This document shows positions 39,149 through 46,533 of a stretch of 64,000 nucleotides of DNA, piece by piece; position 1 is the stretch's first letter; each line of letters opens with the position of its first letter. The position numbers and the translations under genes are program-made. The notes under the pieces were generated by a model. It saw only the letters and a program-made list of their open reading frames with translations, was not told the DNA's origin and did no database searches. Source of the stretch: an uncultured Flavobacteriales bacterium (GTDB taxonomy: Bacteria > Bacteroidota > Bacteroidia > Flavobacteriales_E > Vicingaceae). The stretch is from the NCBI GenBank assembly GCA_913056345.1, contig CAJXMH010000003.1:38694-102693 (forward strand), in the 5' to 3' direction.

Positions 39149-39267
39149 ACCCCCTTCCCGCGCGATTTTATCGCCTGGTACATGAATAATTTTCAGTAAC
39201 TCTCTATCTTGCTTGCTAGTCATTTAAAACCTCTTGAATGAGATCACGTCCTTTACTAAGCTAATCT

Positions 39268-39696
39268 ATGCTAATCTTCTTTTTGCTGTTTGGTCTCGGA
39301 AATTCTTTTTCTCAAAATAGCAAGCTTACAAAGCTCAATAAGAAATATGTAAAAGCCCATATGGATACGAGTTCGCTAACCGTGATTTTTAGCCATCGTT
39401 GTGGGTATAGTCTTTTGCTCAATAAGTTTTTACAGGAAGAAAAAGTATGCGAGAAGTATCAGGTTTCACTAAATATGTATGATGTAACTTACCTCGACCT
39501 TCCGGCTTTGAAGAAGGAAGAGGTTCAGTGGAACCAATATCCAGAATGCTCTAATACCGAAGTGCTAGAAAAAGGGAGCTTCCAATTAGCAAAACTTAGA
39601 CCTATTCTTTTTTATAAGAATCGCAAAGGGAAAGTGAAAAAAATAATGGGGTATAACAAAGATAAGCTTGTTCGATTGCTGCAAGCTAGTTTGTAA
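39268..39696 (+). CDS. hypothetical secreted protein, possibly thioredoxin-like fold (CxxS)
   Basis: 142 aa with a short hydrophobic N-terminus (MLIFFLLFGLGNSFSQ). VIFSHRCGYSLLL (CxxS) and PILFYKNRKGKVKKIMGY resemble thioredoxin-fold landmarks, which I recognise only weakly. Confidence 0.45.
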   Translation: MLIFFLLFGLGNSFSQNSKLTKLNKKYVKAHMDTSSLTVIFSHRCGYSLLLNKFLQEEKVCEKYQVSLNMYDVTYLDLPALKKEEVQWNQYPECSNTEVLEKGSFQLAKLRPILFYKNRKGKVKKIMGYNKDKLVRLLQASL

Positions 39697-39741
39697 AAGG
39701 CTTCAGTTTTCAAATAAGCAATTACTTCATTTCCTCAAACC

Positions 39742-39761
39742 CAAATTCGCTCGCCCCAGCC
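39742..39761 (+). repeat. distal (relic) copy of the tatD promoter-region repeat core
   Basis: caaattcgctcgccccagcc is identical to 40766-40785. By eye, weaker similarity continues for about 50 nt downstream, where ttgctaattcaaaactaca aligns with the tatD start atgcttattgatacccata at 12/19 positions. Confidence 0.8.
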
Positions 39762-39886
39762 CAAAATATTTCGCACCTTGCTAATTCAAAACTACATTTG
39801 TGCATCCATAATCCAATATAGCTTAACTATCGTCTAACTTTATTACTTTTTAGTAACCAGAACTTAGGTTGCAGTCTACCATAAAA

Positions 39887-40213
39887 ATGAGAAATAAAAA
39901 ATCTAGACGTATTGCCCCGAGTTCTGCCTACATTGGGTCTGGTAATAAAACCTCTGTTTTTTCAAGAAAGGCAAGAAAGCCTTTTCAAGATATGGCTGAA
40001 ATTTATAAAAATGAAGCCATAAAAATCAAAGGAAATCATGAAAAGAAACTCTTCGAAAAGTTAAGTGAGGAAGACAAGAAGTTAATTAGAGAGAGAATCA
40101 TAAGGAATAAGATTAAGGAAAAATGGAGGTTTCTTGTGATCTTGATCATATCTTCTTTTATGACCATCTTAATTGTGACTGCCATTGTGATTTTATTAAA
40201 AATTTACTTCTAA
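39887..40213 (+). CDS. hypothetical tail-anchored membrane protein
   Basis: 108 aa from ATG 39887. The N-terminal region is K/R-rich and the C-terminus has one TM (FLVILIISSFMTILIVTAIVILL). Confidence 0.45.
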   Translation: MRNKKSRRIAPSSAYIGSGNKTSVFSRKARKPFQDMAEIYKNEAIKIKGNHEKKLFEKLSEEDKKLIRERIIRNKIKEKWRFLVILIISSFMTILIVTAIVILLKIYF

Positions 40214-40230
40214 ATCTAACATTGCTAACT

Positions 40231-40701
40231 ATGAGGTTATTGACTTATTTCTTTTTTATTATACCAACACTACTTTATGTTGATTTAGTTGCCCAGGATA
40301 TCGATTATTTAGAAATCCGATCTGAAGTTAATTTATTGTCCTGCGGCAGTACAAGTGAGGAAAACTTAATTCAGACTAAAAAGAATCTGCTTCGTTTAGA
40401 TTCTGCTAGAATAGAAAGCAATATTGAAGAATACTACTACGATTTAGCAATGTGTTATAGCAAATTTGATTTGCTGACAGATGAGATAAATCAAAGTGAC
40501 TCTTCACTGATGTATAAGTTTCGTGCATTCTCCCACAAACCAGATCACTCACCAACCTTATGGTCTTTGGCTTTTCACTACTTAGTCGTTGATAATAACT
40601 GTGAAAAAGGAAGATACTACCTTAATCAATATAAAAAACATACTCCTAATCAATATTGGGACTATGATCAAATTGATAGTATTACAAAATATTGCAATTA
40701 G
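40231..40701 (+). CDS. hypothetical secreted protein
   Basis: 156 aa from ATG 40231 with a signal-like N-terminus (MRLLTYFFFIIPTLLYVDLVAQ). The 5' extension of the track ORF to 40123 overlaps the preceding gene and looks spurious. Confidence 0.5.
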   Translation: MRLLTYFFFIIPTLLYVDLVAQDIDYLEIRSEVNLLSCGSTSEENLIQTKKNLLRLDSARIESNIEEYYYDLAMCYSKFDLLTDEINQSDSSLMYKFRAFSHKPDHSPTLWSLAFHYLVVDNNCEKGRYYLNQYKKHTPNQYWDYDQIDSITKYCN

Positions 40702-40765
40702 TGATTTCTCTCCTGTAAAAGGTATTAGATAATGCCTGCTGGTGTTAACCACTATTTCTAAAAAT

Positions 40766-40785
40766 CAAATTCGCTCGCCCCAGCC
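40766..40785 (+). repeat. proximal (functional) copy of the tatD promoter-region repeat core
   Basis: caaattcgctcgccccagcc lies 22 nt upstream of the tatD ATG and is identical to 39742-39761. Confidence 0.8.
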
Positions 40786-40793
40786 TAGATTGC

Positions 40794-40801
40794 TATTTTT
40801 G
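40794..40801 (+). promoter_or_regulatory. -7 promoter box (TAnnTTTG) only 5 nt before the tatD ATG
   Basis: TATTTTTG at 40794-40801, with the ATG at 40807. Confidence 0.3.
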
Positions 40802-40806
40802 CGCCC

Positions 40807-41580
40807 ATGCTTATTGATACCCATACGCATTTATACAGCGAGCAATTTTCCGAAGATCGGGAAGCTATGATCCAACGGGCCATTGAGGCTGGAGTAGAAA
40901 AGTTTTTTCTTCCCAACATTGATTCCTCTTCTGTAAAAGGCATGAAAGAACTGGCGGTTAAATATCCGCTGCGCTGCTATCCCATGATGGGCCTGCACCC
41001 TTGCTCAGTGAGTGAAAATGTAGAAAAGGAGCTTGAGCTAGTTAAAAAAGAATTGGATGAGTTTCACTACCATGCAGTAGGCGAAATTGGCATTGACCTT
41101 TATTGGGATAAGAGCTTTCAAGCCCAACAAGAAATGGCTTTTCGCAAACAAATTGAATGGGCCAAGGAAAAAAACTTACCCATCGTGATTCATTGCCGCG
41201 AAGCTTTTGACGAGATCTTGAGTATTTTAGATGAGCTTAACGAAGATCGCTTGAGTGGAATTTTTCACTGTTTCACCGGAAGTTTGGAGCAGGCTCAGCA
41301 CATTTTAAACTACGGCAACTTTAAGTTAGGTATTGGTGGAGTGGTTACCTTTAAAAATTCCGGTTTGGATAAAGTGGTAGAGCAATTGAAGCTTGAGGAT
41401 TTGGTTTTAGAAACTGATTCCCCTTATTTAGCTCCTGCTCCCTATCGCGGTAAGCGCAATGAAAGTGCATACGTAGCTAAGGTTGCCGATAAAGTAGCTG
41501 AGCTCTTTCAAACTAGCAGAGCAGAAGTCGATAAAATCACCGGGCAGAATGCCCTCCAAATCTTTCAGTTAGATGAGTGA
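40807..41580 (+). CDS. tatD: TatD family metal-dependent hydrolase (DNase)
   Basis: 257 aa with LIDTHTHL, GEIGIDLYW, PIVIHCREAF, HCFTG and LETDSPYL motifs. Confidence 0.93.
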   Translation: MLIDTHTHLYSEQFSEDREAMIQRAIEAGVEKFFLPNIDSSSVKGMKELAVKYPLRCYPMMGLHPCSVSENVEKELELVKKELDEFHYHAVGEIGIDLYWDKSFQAQQEMAFRKQIEWAKEKNLPIVIHCREAFDEILSILDELNEDRLSGIFHCFTGSLEQAQHILNYGNFKLGIGGVVTFKNSGLDKVVEQLKLEDLVLETDSPYLAPAPYRGKRNESAYVAKVADKVAELFQTSRAEVDKITGQNALQIFQLDE

Positions 41581-42601
41581 TGCCTCTAAAGTGCTTATTA
41601 TTTACACCGGAGGTACTATCGGTATGGTGGAAGATCCAGAAACAGGATATCTACACGCCTTTGATTTTGACCATTTGTTGGAAGAAATCCCCGAACTCAA
41701 TAAAGTAGATGTAGAGCTGGAAGTCACTTCGCTTGAAAAACCGATTGATTCATCTAATATGGGTCCAAAAATTTGGGTGGATTTATTAGAAGTGATCGAG
41801 CAGCAATACAACGCTTTTGATGGTTTTGTGATCTTACACGGCTCAGACACCATGGCTTATACGGCTTCTGCCATGAGCTTTTTACTAGAAAATGTGAACA
41901 AGCCCATCATTTTTACCGGCAGTCAGCTGCCTATAGGTAAGATCCGCACCGATGGCAAAGAAAACTTGATCACGGCAATTGAGATCGCAGGGGACTATGA
42001 AAATGGTTATCCTGTGGTTCCTGAAGTAGCCATCTACTTTGAATATGCATTATACCGTGCTAACCGCACAACCAAGATCAGTGCTGAGAACTTTGAAGCT
42101 TTTCACTCGCCCAATTATCCGCTTTTGGCAGAAGCAGGAGTGCACATTAAGTACAACCGTTTTGCTATTCAAAAGCCTGAAATAGCACCGCTCATCGCAC
42201 GTAAACAAATCGTGGATGATGTGGCAAGCATCAAAATTTTCCCCGGTTTGCAGCAAAAAGTCTTTCAAGCAGTGGCGAATGTTCCAAATCTTAAAGGCCT
42301 TATTATTGAAACTTATGGTAGCGGAAACGCCCCTTCTTTACCTTGGCTAACCGAGGAATTGGTTGCCTTAAATGAAAAAGGGGTGATTGTGCTAAATGTA
42401 ACCCAATGTGTCACTGGTAAAGTGATTCAGGGGAAATATGAAACAGGGGTCCACTTAGAACGAGCGGGAGTGATCAGTGGGGAAGATATGACCTACGAAG
42501 CGGCCATCACCAAAATGATGTACCTGCTTTCTTGCGAAGAACTTTTATTAGAGGAGAAAAAGCAATATTTAGAAACCAACCTTCGGGGTGAATTAAGTTA
42601 G
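41573..42601 (+). CDS. ansA: type I L-asparaginase
   Basis: 342 aa with VLIIYTGGTIGM (catalytic Thr), ILHGSDTMAYTASA and ETYGSGN. It overlaps the tatD end by 8 nt. Confidence 0.92.
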   Translation: MSDASKVLIIYTGGTIGMVEDPETGYLHAFDFDHLLEEIPELNKVDVELEVTSLEKPIDSSNMGPKIWVDLLEVIEQQYNAFDGFVILHGSDTMAYTASAMSFLLENVNKPIIFTGSQLPIGKIRTDGKENLITAIEIAGDYENGYPVVPEVAIYFEYALYRANRTTKISAENFEAFHSPNYPLLAEAGVHIKYNRFAIQKPEIAPLIARKQIVDDVASIKIFPGLQQKVFQAVANVPNLKGLIIETYGSGNAPSLPWLTEELVALNEKGVIVLNVTQCVTGKVIQGKYETGVHLERAGVISGEDMTYEAAITKMMYLLSCEELLLEEKKQYLETNLRGELS

Positions 42602-42731
42602 CTGCTTGGCAAAAAGATCAAGCGTGGGCAAGTTCTAAGGTTTGAAAATATTTGTAATTTGGCAGGCTCGCCAAGCAGTTGGTGAGAATTACCTGCTGCA
42701 AAATAGGGTTCTGCCTAAGGCGGAAATAAAC

Positions 42732-42818
42732 GGAGAGGTGGCCGAGTGGCTTAAGGCGCACGCTTGGAAAGCGTGTATGCGGGAAACCGTATCGGGGGTT
42801 CGAATCCCTTCCTCTCCG
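42732..42818 (+). tRNA. tRNA-Ser (GGA), class II with long variable arm
   Basis: GGAGAGGTGGCCGAGTGGCTTAAGGCGCACGCTTGGAAAGCGTGTATGCGGGAAACCGTATCGGGGGTTCGAATCCCTTCCTCTCCG. The acceptor is GGAGAGG/CCTCTCC and the anticodon stem is CACGC/GCGTG with loop TTGGAAA. The variable arm is ATGCGG-gaaa-CCGTAT. The T stem GGGGG/CCCTT needs two G.U pairs. CCA is not encoded. Confidence 0.88.
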
Positions 42819-42857
42819 CAACGATAGGTAAATATTAATCGAGAAGTTCTTTTTAGG
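42811..42857 (+). repeat. att-like direct repeat, copy 1 (last 8 nt of tRNA-Ser plus 39 nt downstream)
   Basis: cctctccgcaacgataggtaaatattaatcgagaagttctttttagg. Confidence 0.85.
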
Positions 42858-42932
42858 ATTGAAGTAAAAACTATTGATTCGGACCACCGATAGGGGGTGA
42901 GAGTCGCTACCCGACTGAATAGGCGCGGCCTG

Positions 42933-42978
42933 CCTCTCCGCAACAATAGGTAAATACTTAATGAAATGTTCTTTTAAG
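42933..42978 (+). repeat. att-like direct repeat, copy 2
   Basis: cctctccgcaacaataggtaaatacttaatgaaatgttcttttaag starts 122 nt after copy 1. The first 24 nt match at 23/24, and overall identity by eye is roughly 85% with two 1-nt indels. Confidence 0.85.
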
Positions 42979-43142
42979 ACCTCCAACTGTAGATGATTTA
43001 AATAGATTTTAAAGTGAAATTTGTATTAATTCTTGAAATCCTTCGTTAGATATTACCAGAATTCAATTAAGTGCATTAAATTCGCAACTGTTAACCATAA
43101 ATATAAACGCTAACATTTAATCAGATCATTAATTAATTCATT

Positions 43143-44009
43143 ATGAAAAAGTTTATTTCCCTTTTTGCCATTACTGCATTCCTAGCCTTTGGAATTGCTT
43201 TTAACAGTAATGCTCAAGACGGTGATACCACCGAAATGCAAACTGAAATGACTGACAGTGCAAGCACTGATACAGCCATGACAGAAGAGGCTACTATGGA
43301 AGAGCCCGCTGCAGAAGAAACCACTGAAGCAACTGAAGAAACAACAGAAGTTGCCAAAGAAGACAAGTCTTTCCACCAGATTCTTAAAGAAAAGTTTATT
43401 GAAGGTGGTCCTGAATTTATGGGAATTGTATTGTTATGTCTGATTCTAGGACTCGCCATTGTGATCGAAAGAATCATTTACTTGAACATGGCAACTACCA
43501 ACACAAAAAAGCTTCTTACTGATGTAGAAGACGCTTTGAACTCAGGTGGAGTTGATGGTGCTAAAGAAGTTTGCAGAAACACACGTGGACCTGTAGCAAG
43601 TATTTTCTACCAAGGCTTAGACAGAAGCCATGAAGGAATTGAAATGGTTGAAAAATCAGTAGTTTCATACGGAAGTGTGCAAATGGGATTGCTAGAGAAA
43701 GGAGTTTCTTGGATCTCTTTATTTATCGCTTTGGCGCCGATGCTTGGTTTCATGGGTACAGTAATTGGTATGATCGACGCCTTTGATGCAATTGAAGCAG
43801 CAGGAGACATTTCTCCATCATTGGTTGCAGGTGGTATTAAGATCGCACTTCTAACTACGGTATTTGGTTTGATTGTTGCCATCATTCTTCAGATCTTTTA
43901 CAATTACATTATCGCAAAAGTTGATAGCTTAGTAAACGATATGGAAAATGCTTCTATTAGTCTAGTTGACTTATTAGTTAAGCATGAGTTACAAAACAAA
44001 AAAGCCTAA
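43143..44009 (+). CDS. exbB: MotA/TolQ/ExbB proton-channel family protein
   Basis: 288 aa with a signal peptide, an acidic T/E-rich spacer, then ExbB core helices (ALAPMLGFMGTVIGMIDAF, GGIKIALLTTVFGLIVAI). Confidence 0.9.
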   Translation: MKKFISLFAITAFLAFGIAFNSNAQDGDTTEMQTEMTDSASTDTAMTEEATMEEPAAEETTEATEETTEVAKEDKSFHQILKEKFIEGGPEFMGIVLLCLILGLAIVIERIIYLNMATTNTKKLLTDVEDALNSGGVDGAKEVCRNTRGPVASIFYQGLDRSHEGIEMVEKSVVSYGSVQMGLLEKGVSWISLFIALAPMLGFMGTVIGMIDAFDAIEAAGDISPSLVAGGIKIALLTTVFGLIVAIILQIFYNYIIAKVDSLVNDMENASISLVDLLVKHELQNKKA

Positions 44010-44014
44010 TTATT

Positions 44015-44428
44015 ATGTCAGAAGGACTATCTAAAGCACTGAATATTATTCTTTACGTCCTTTTAGGCGTAAGTGCTTTGCTAGGTGTGCTTTTTTACAC
44101 CGGCTCAGTAGGTGCTGAAACCGTGATTTATTGGTGTTATGCGCTCTTTATTATCGGGGCAGTTACGGCAATTGTATTTCCTATCATTAATATGGCCAAA
44201 AACCCTTCAGGTGCAAAAAGTGCTTTGATTGGGGTTGGCGCATTAGTGTTAGTATTTGTAATTGCCTATGCACTCGGCGGCGATGAAATGACACCGAAAT
44301 ACGAGAAATTTATTGACGGACCTGAGGCTTCTAAGCGTGTTAGTATGGGCTTGATCGCTTTTTACATTTTAGCGATCGGCGCCATTGTAGCTACGGTAGT
44401 TTCAGGAGTATCTAAATTGTTTAAATAA
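44015..44428 (+). CDS. hypothetical 4-TM membrane protein within the exb operon
   Basis: 137 aa with four hydrophobic helices. It is tightly packed between exbB (5-nt gap) and exbD (8-nt gap). Confidence 0.6.
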   Translation: MSEGLSKALNIILYVLLGVSALLGVLFYTGSVGAETVIYWCYALFIIGAVTAIVFPIINMAKNPSGAKSALIGVGALVLVFVIAYALGGDEMTPKYEKFIDGPEASKRVSMGLIAFYILAIGAIVATVVSGVSKLFK

Positions 44429-44436
44429 ACCACCTT

Positions 44437-45042
44437 ATGGCAAGAAGAAATGCACCCGAAATCAATGCAGGTTCGATGGCAGATATTGCCTTCCTCTTGC
44501 TGATCTTCTTCTTGGTTACCACTACTATGGATGTGGATACAGGTCTTACGAGAAGACTACCACCGCCCATAGAAGAACCATTAGAGGATATCCCTGAAGT
44601 AAGGCAACGAAACGTTTTCCAAGTTTTGGTTAACGCAAACGACGATCTTTTAGTAGAAGGAGAACCCATGGATGTTGGTAACTTGAGAGAGGAAGCCAAG
44701 AATTTCATCATAGGTGATCCGACTTTTCAAGATCCTGAAATGCCTGAAGGAAAGTTAACCAAGGTTCCTCTATTAGGGGAAATGATGGTTTCTAAGCAGA
44801 TTATTTCATTGCAGAATGACCGCGGAACTTCTTATGACATGTACATAAAAGTACAAAATGAGTTGGTGGCTGCCTACAATGAAGTGCGGAATGAATACGC
44901 ACAGCGCAAGTTTGGCAAAACCATGAAGCAGCTAGAAACTGCAGCAGAACTTTCTGAAAAGGCAGAACTACAAATTGATGCTGTAAAAGATGTTTATCCG
45001 CAGCGTATTTCTGAAGCTGAACCTAAAAACGCAGGAGAATAG
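44437..45042 (+). CDS. exbD: biopolymer transport protein ExbD/TolR
   Basis: 201 aa with EINAGSMADIAFLLLIFFLVTTTM, the ExbD N-terminal TM signature. Confidence 0.88.
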   Translation: MARRNAPEINAGSMADIAFLLLIFFLVTTTMDVDTGLTRRLPPPIEEPLEDIPEVRQRNVFQVLVNANDDLLVEGEPMDVGNLREEAKNFIIGDPTFQDPEMPEGKLTKVPLLGEMMVSKQIISLQNDRGTSYDMYIKVQNELVAAYNEVRNEYAQRKFGKTMKQLETAAELSEKAELQIDAVKDVYPQRISEAEPKNAGE

Positions 45043-45045
45043 ATC

Positions 45046-45522
45046 ATGTCAAAGTTTAAAAAGAAAAAAGACGGTGGGCAACCAGCCATTTCTACGGCCT
45101 CTTTGCCCGACATTGTTTTTATGCTTCTTTTCTTCTTTATGGTAACTACCGTTATGCGGGAAGTAGACCTTAAGGTTGAAGTAAAGCGACCAGTAGCTAC
45201 CGAAGTGAACAAGTTAGAGCGTAAATCACTGGTAAGCTATATTTACATTGGAGCACCTAAAACGAAGTATGCAGATCAGTTTGGAACCGCAGATCGGATC
45301 CAGCTTAATGATGCCTTCGCTACAAAGAATGATATCATTCAATTTGTTGAGGCAGAAAGAGAGCAAACAAATCCTGCTGAGGTGCCACTCATGACCTTTT
45401 CCATGAAAGTGGACAAAGAGTCTGAGATGGGAATTGTGACAGATGTTAAACAAGAGTTGAGAAAGGCAAATGCCTTGAAGATCAACTATTCAACTTATAA
45501 GTCAGACAAGATCGAGAATTAA
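45046..45522 (+). CDS. exbD: biopolymer transport protein ExbD/TolR (second copy)
   Basis: 158 aa with the signature SLPDIVFMLLFFFMVTT. Confidence 0.85.
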   Translation: MSKFKKKKDGGQPAISTASLPDIVFMLLFFFMVTTVMREVDLKVEVKRPVATEVNKLERKSLVSYIYIGAPKTKYADQFGTADRIQLNDAFATKNDIIQFVEAEREQTNPAEVPLMTFSMKVDKESEMGIVTDVKQELRKANALKINYSTYKSDKIEN

Positions 45523-45543
45523 GTTTTGATTAAATGTTAAGAA

Positions 45544-45568
45544 AGCCTCGCAGTAGCGGGGCTTTTTT
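45544..45568 (+). terminator. rho-independent terminator after the exb operon (between convergent genes)
   Basis: Stem AGCCTCGC/GCGGGGCT (8 bp with one G.U), loop agta, then T6. The T-run overlaps the stop of the convergent CPBP gene. Confidence 0.7.
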
Positions 45569-46487
45569 ATGTTCTCCTTGCTCGGTTCCAACTGTTTGAC
45601 CGGTAAAAAAGAAACAGTAAAACAGTAAAAAGAACTAAGCCTGCCAAGCTAAACCAAGTGGTATCTTGTGAAGCGCCTAGCTGATCAAATTGAGCTTCCA
45701 TGCCTTCTAATCCCAAGCGATAAGCAATCAATACTGCAAGAGCATTATTGATGAAATGCGCTAAGATGGGCACCCACAGGTTTTTAGTCCATACTAGTAA
45801 ATAGCCGAAAAAAGCCCCTAAGAACATGCGAGGGAAAAAGCCATAGAACTGCATGTGTAAAGCACTAAATAAGATGGCTGATATCCAAATGCCAAGATGA
45901 GCAGTCTTGAAACTACGGTTTATATTTTGTTGAACAATTCCCCTGAAGATGAGCTCTTCGCCAATAGCTGGTAGCGCTGCAACTAGCAATAAATTATGCC
46001 ACAGTTCTGAAGCATTATCCATTCTCAAAAAAGCTTTAGTTAAGCCCATGGCACGGTCCTCTGCTTGTTTCATCCAGTTTTCGATCGCTTCAAATTGTTC
46101 AGGTAGGTTGATCGACTTGTTCCATTCCACTAGCCAATTGATGGAAGGAATTAAACAGAGCATGAGTAAGAAAACCATCACTGCATTAATGGGTGTAATG
46201 AGGTGATTTAATTGTAAGGTCTTGATAGGCTTTTTCTCAAAAAGGACAACAAATAAAACAGCAGGAATGACAAATAGGCCAAGGGTGTTGAGCAGTTGAA
46301 GAAACTTCAAAATGGCAATGCTCTTCGGATCGTCTAAATTGGCGGTTAAGCTGCTGATGTCTTGTATTGCTATACCATATAGAGGTTCAACTAGGGCGAG
46401 TCCGCCTAAGGCTGCCAAAGCGCCAATTACCAAGCAAAAGCCTAGCAGAACTAATAGTCGCGGAATTGTTCCGGATAAGTGGTACAC
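45567..46487 (-). CDS. CPBP family intramembrane glutamic endopeptidase (CAAX protease-like)
   Basis: 306 aa, polytopic, with EELIFRG, FSALHM and HFINN motifs. Confidence 0.85.
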   Translation of the reverse strand: MYHLSGTIPRLLVLLGFCLVIGALAALGGLALVEPLYGIAIQDISSLTANLDDPKSIAILKFLQLLNTLGLFVIPAVLFVVLFEKKPIKTLQLNHLITPINAVMVFLLMLCLIPSINWLVEWNKSINLPEQFEAIENWMKQAEDRAMGLTKAFLRMDNASELWHNLLLVAALPAIGEELIFRGIVQQNINRSFKTAHLGIWISAILFSALHMQFYGFFPRMFLGAFFGYLLVWTKNLWVPILAHFINNALAVLIAYRLGLEGMEAQFDQLGASQDTTWFSLAGLVLFTVLLFLFYRSNSWNRARRT

Positions 46488-46533
46488 CTTAGCAGCTTTT
46501 GATAATTGCTTAATTTTGCCTCAAAATTTAGGC

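Noticed and set aside
39149-39267. GC-richer patch (cccttcccgcgcgattttatcgcc) and a ~36-codon minus-strand mini-ORF (MTSKQDRELLKIIHVPGDKIAREGG...) after ORFan B.
   Set aside because: The ORF is too short, runs into the 3' end of ORFan B and has no recognisable family. The weak GCGA/TCGC hairpin lacks a U-tract, so I could not support a terminator call. It may be a gene remnant.
40123-40230. 108-nt 5' extension of the 40231-40701 gene (MEVSCDLDHIFFYDHLNCDCHCDF...), a Cys/His/Asp-rich stretch that looked like a metal-binding motif.
   Set aside because: It overlaps the C-terminal TM-coding part of the preceding gene in another frame. The downstream ATG 40231 gives a normal signal peptide, so the extension is most likely non-coding in this frame.
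42618-42986. ORFs of 122, 85 and 61 aa overlapping tRNA-Ser and the att-like repeats.
   Set aside because: They run through a canonical tRNA gene and its duplicated 3' flank, so coding is implausible.
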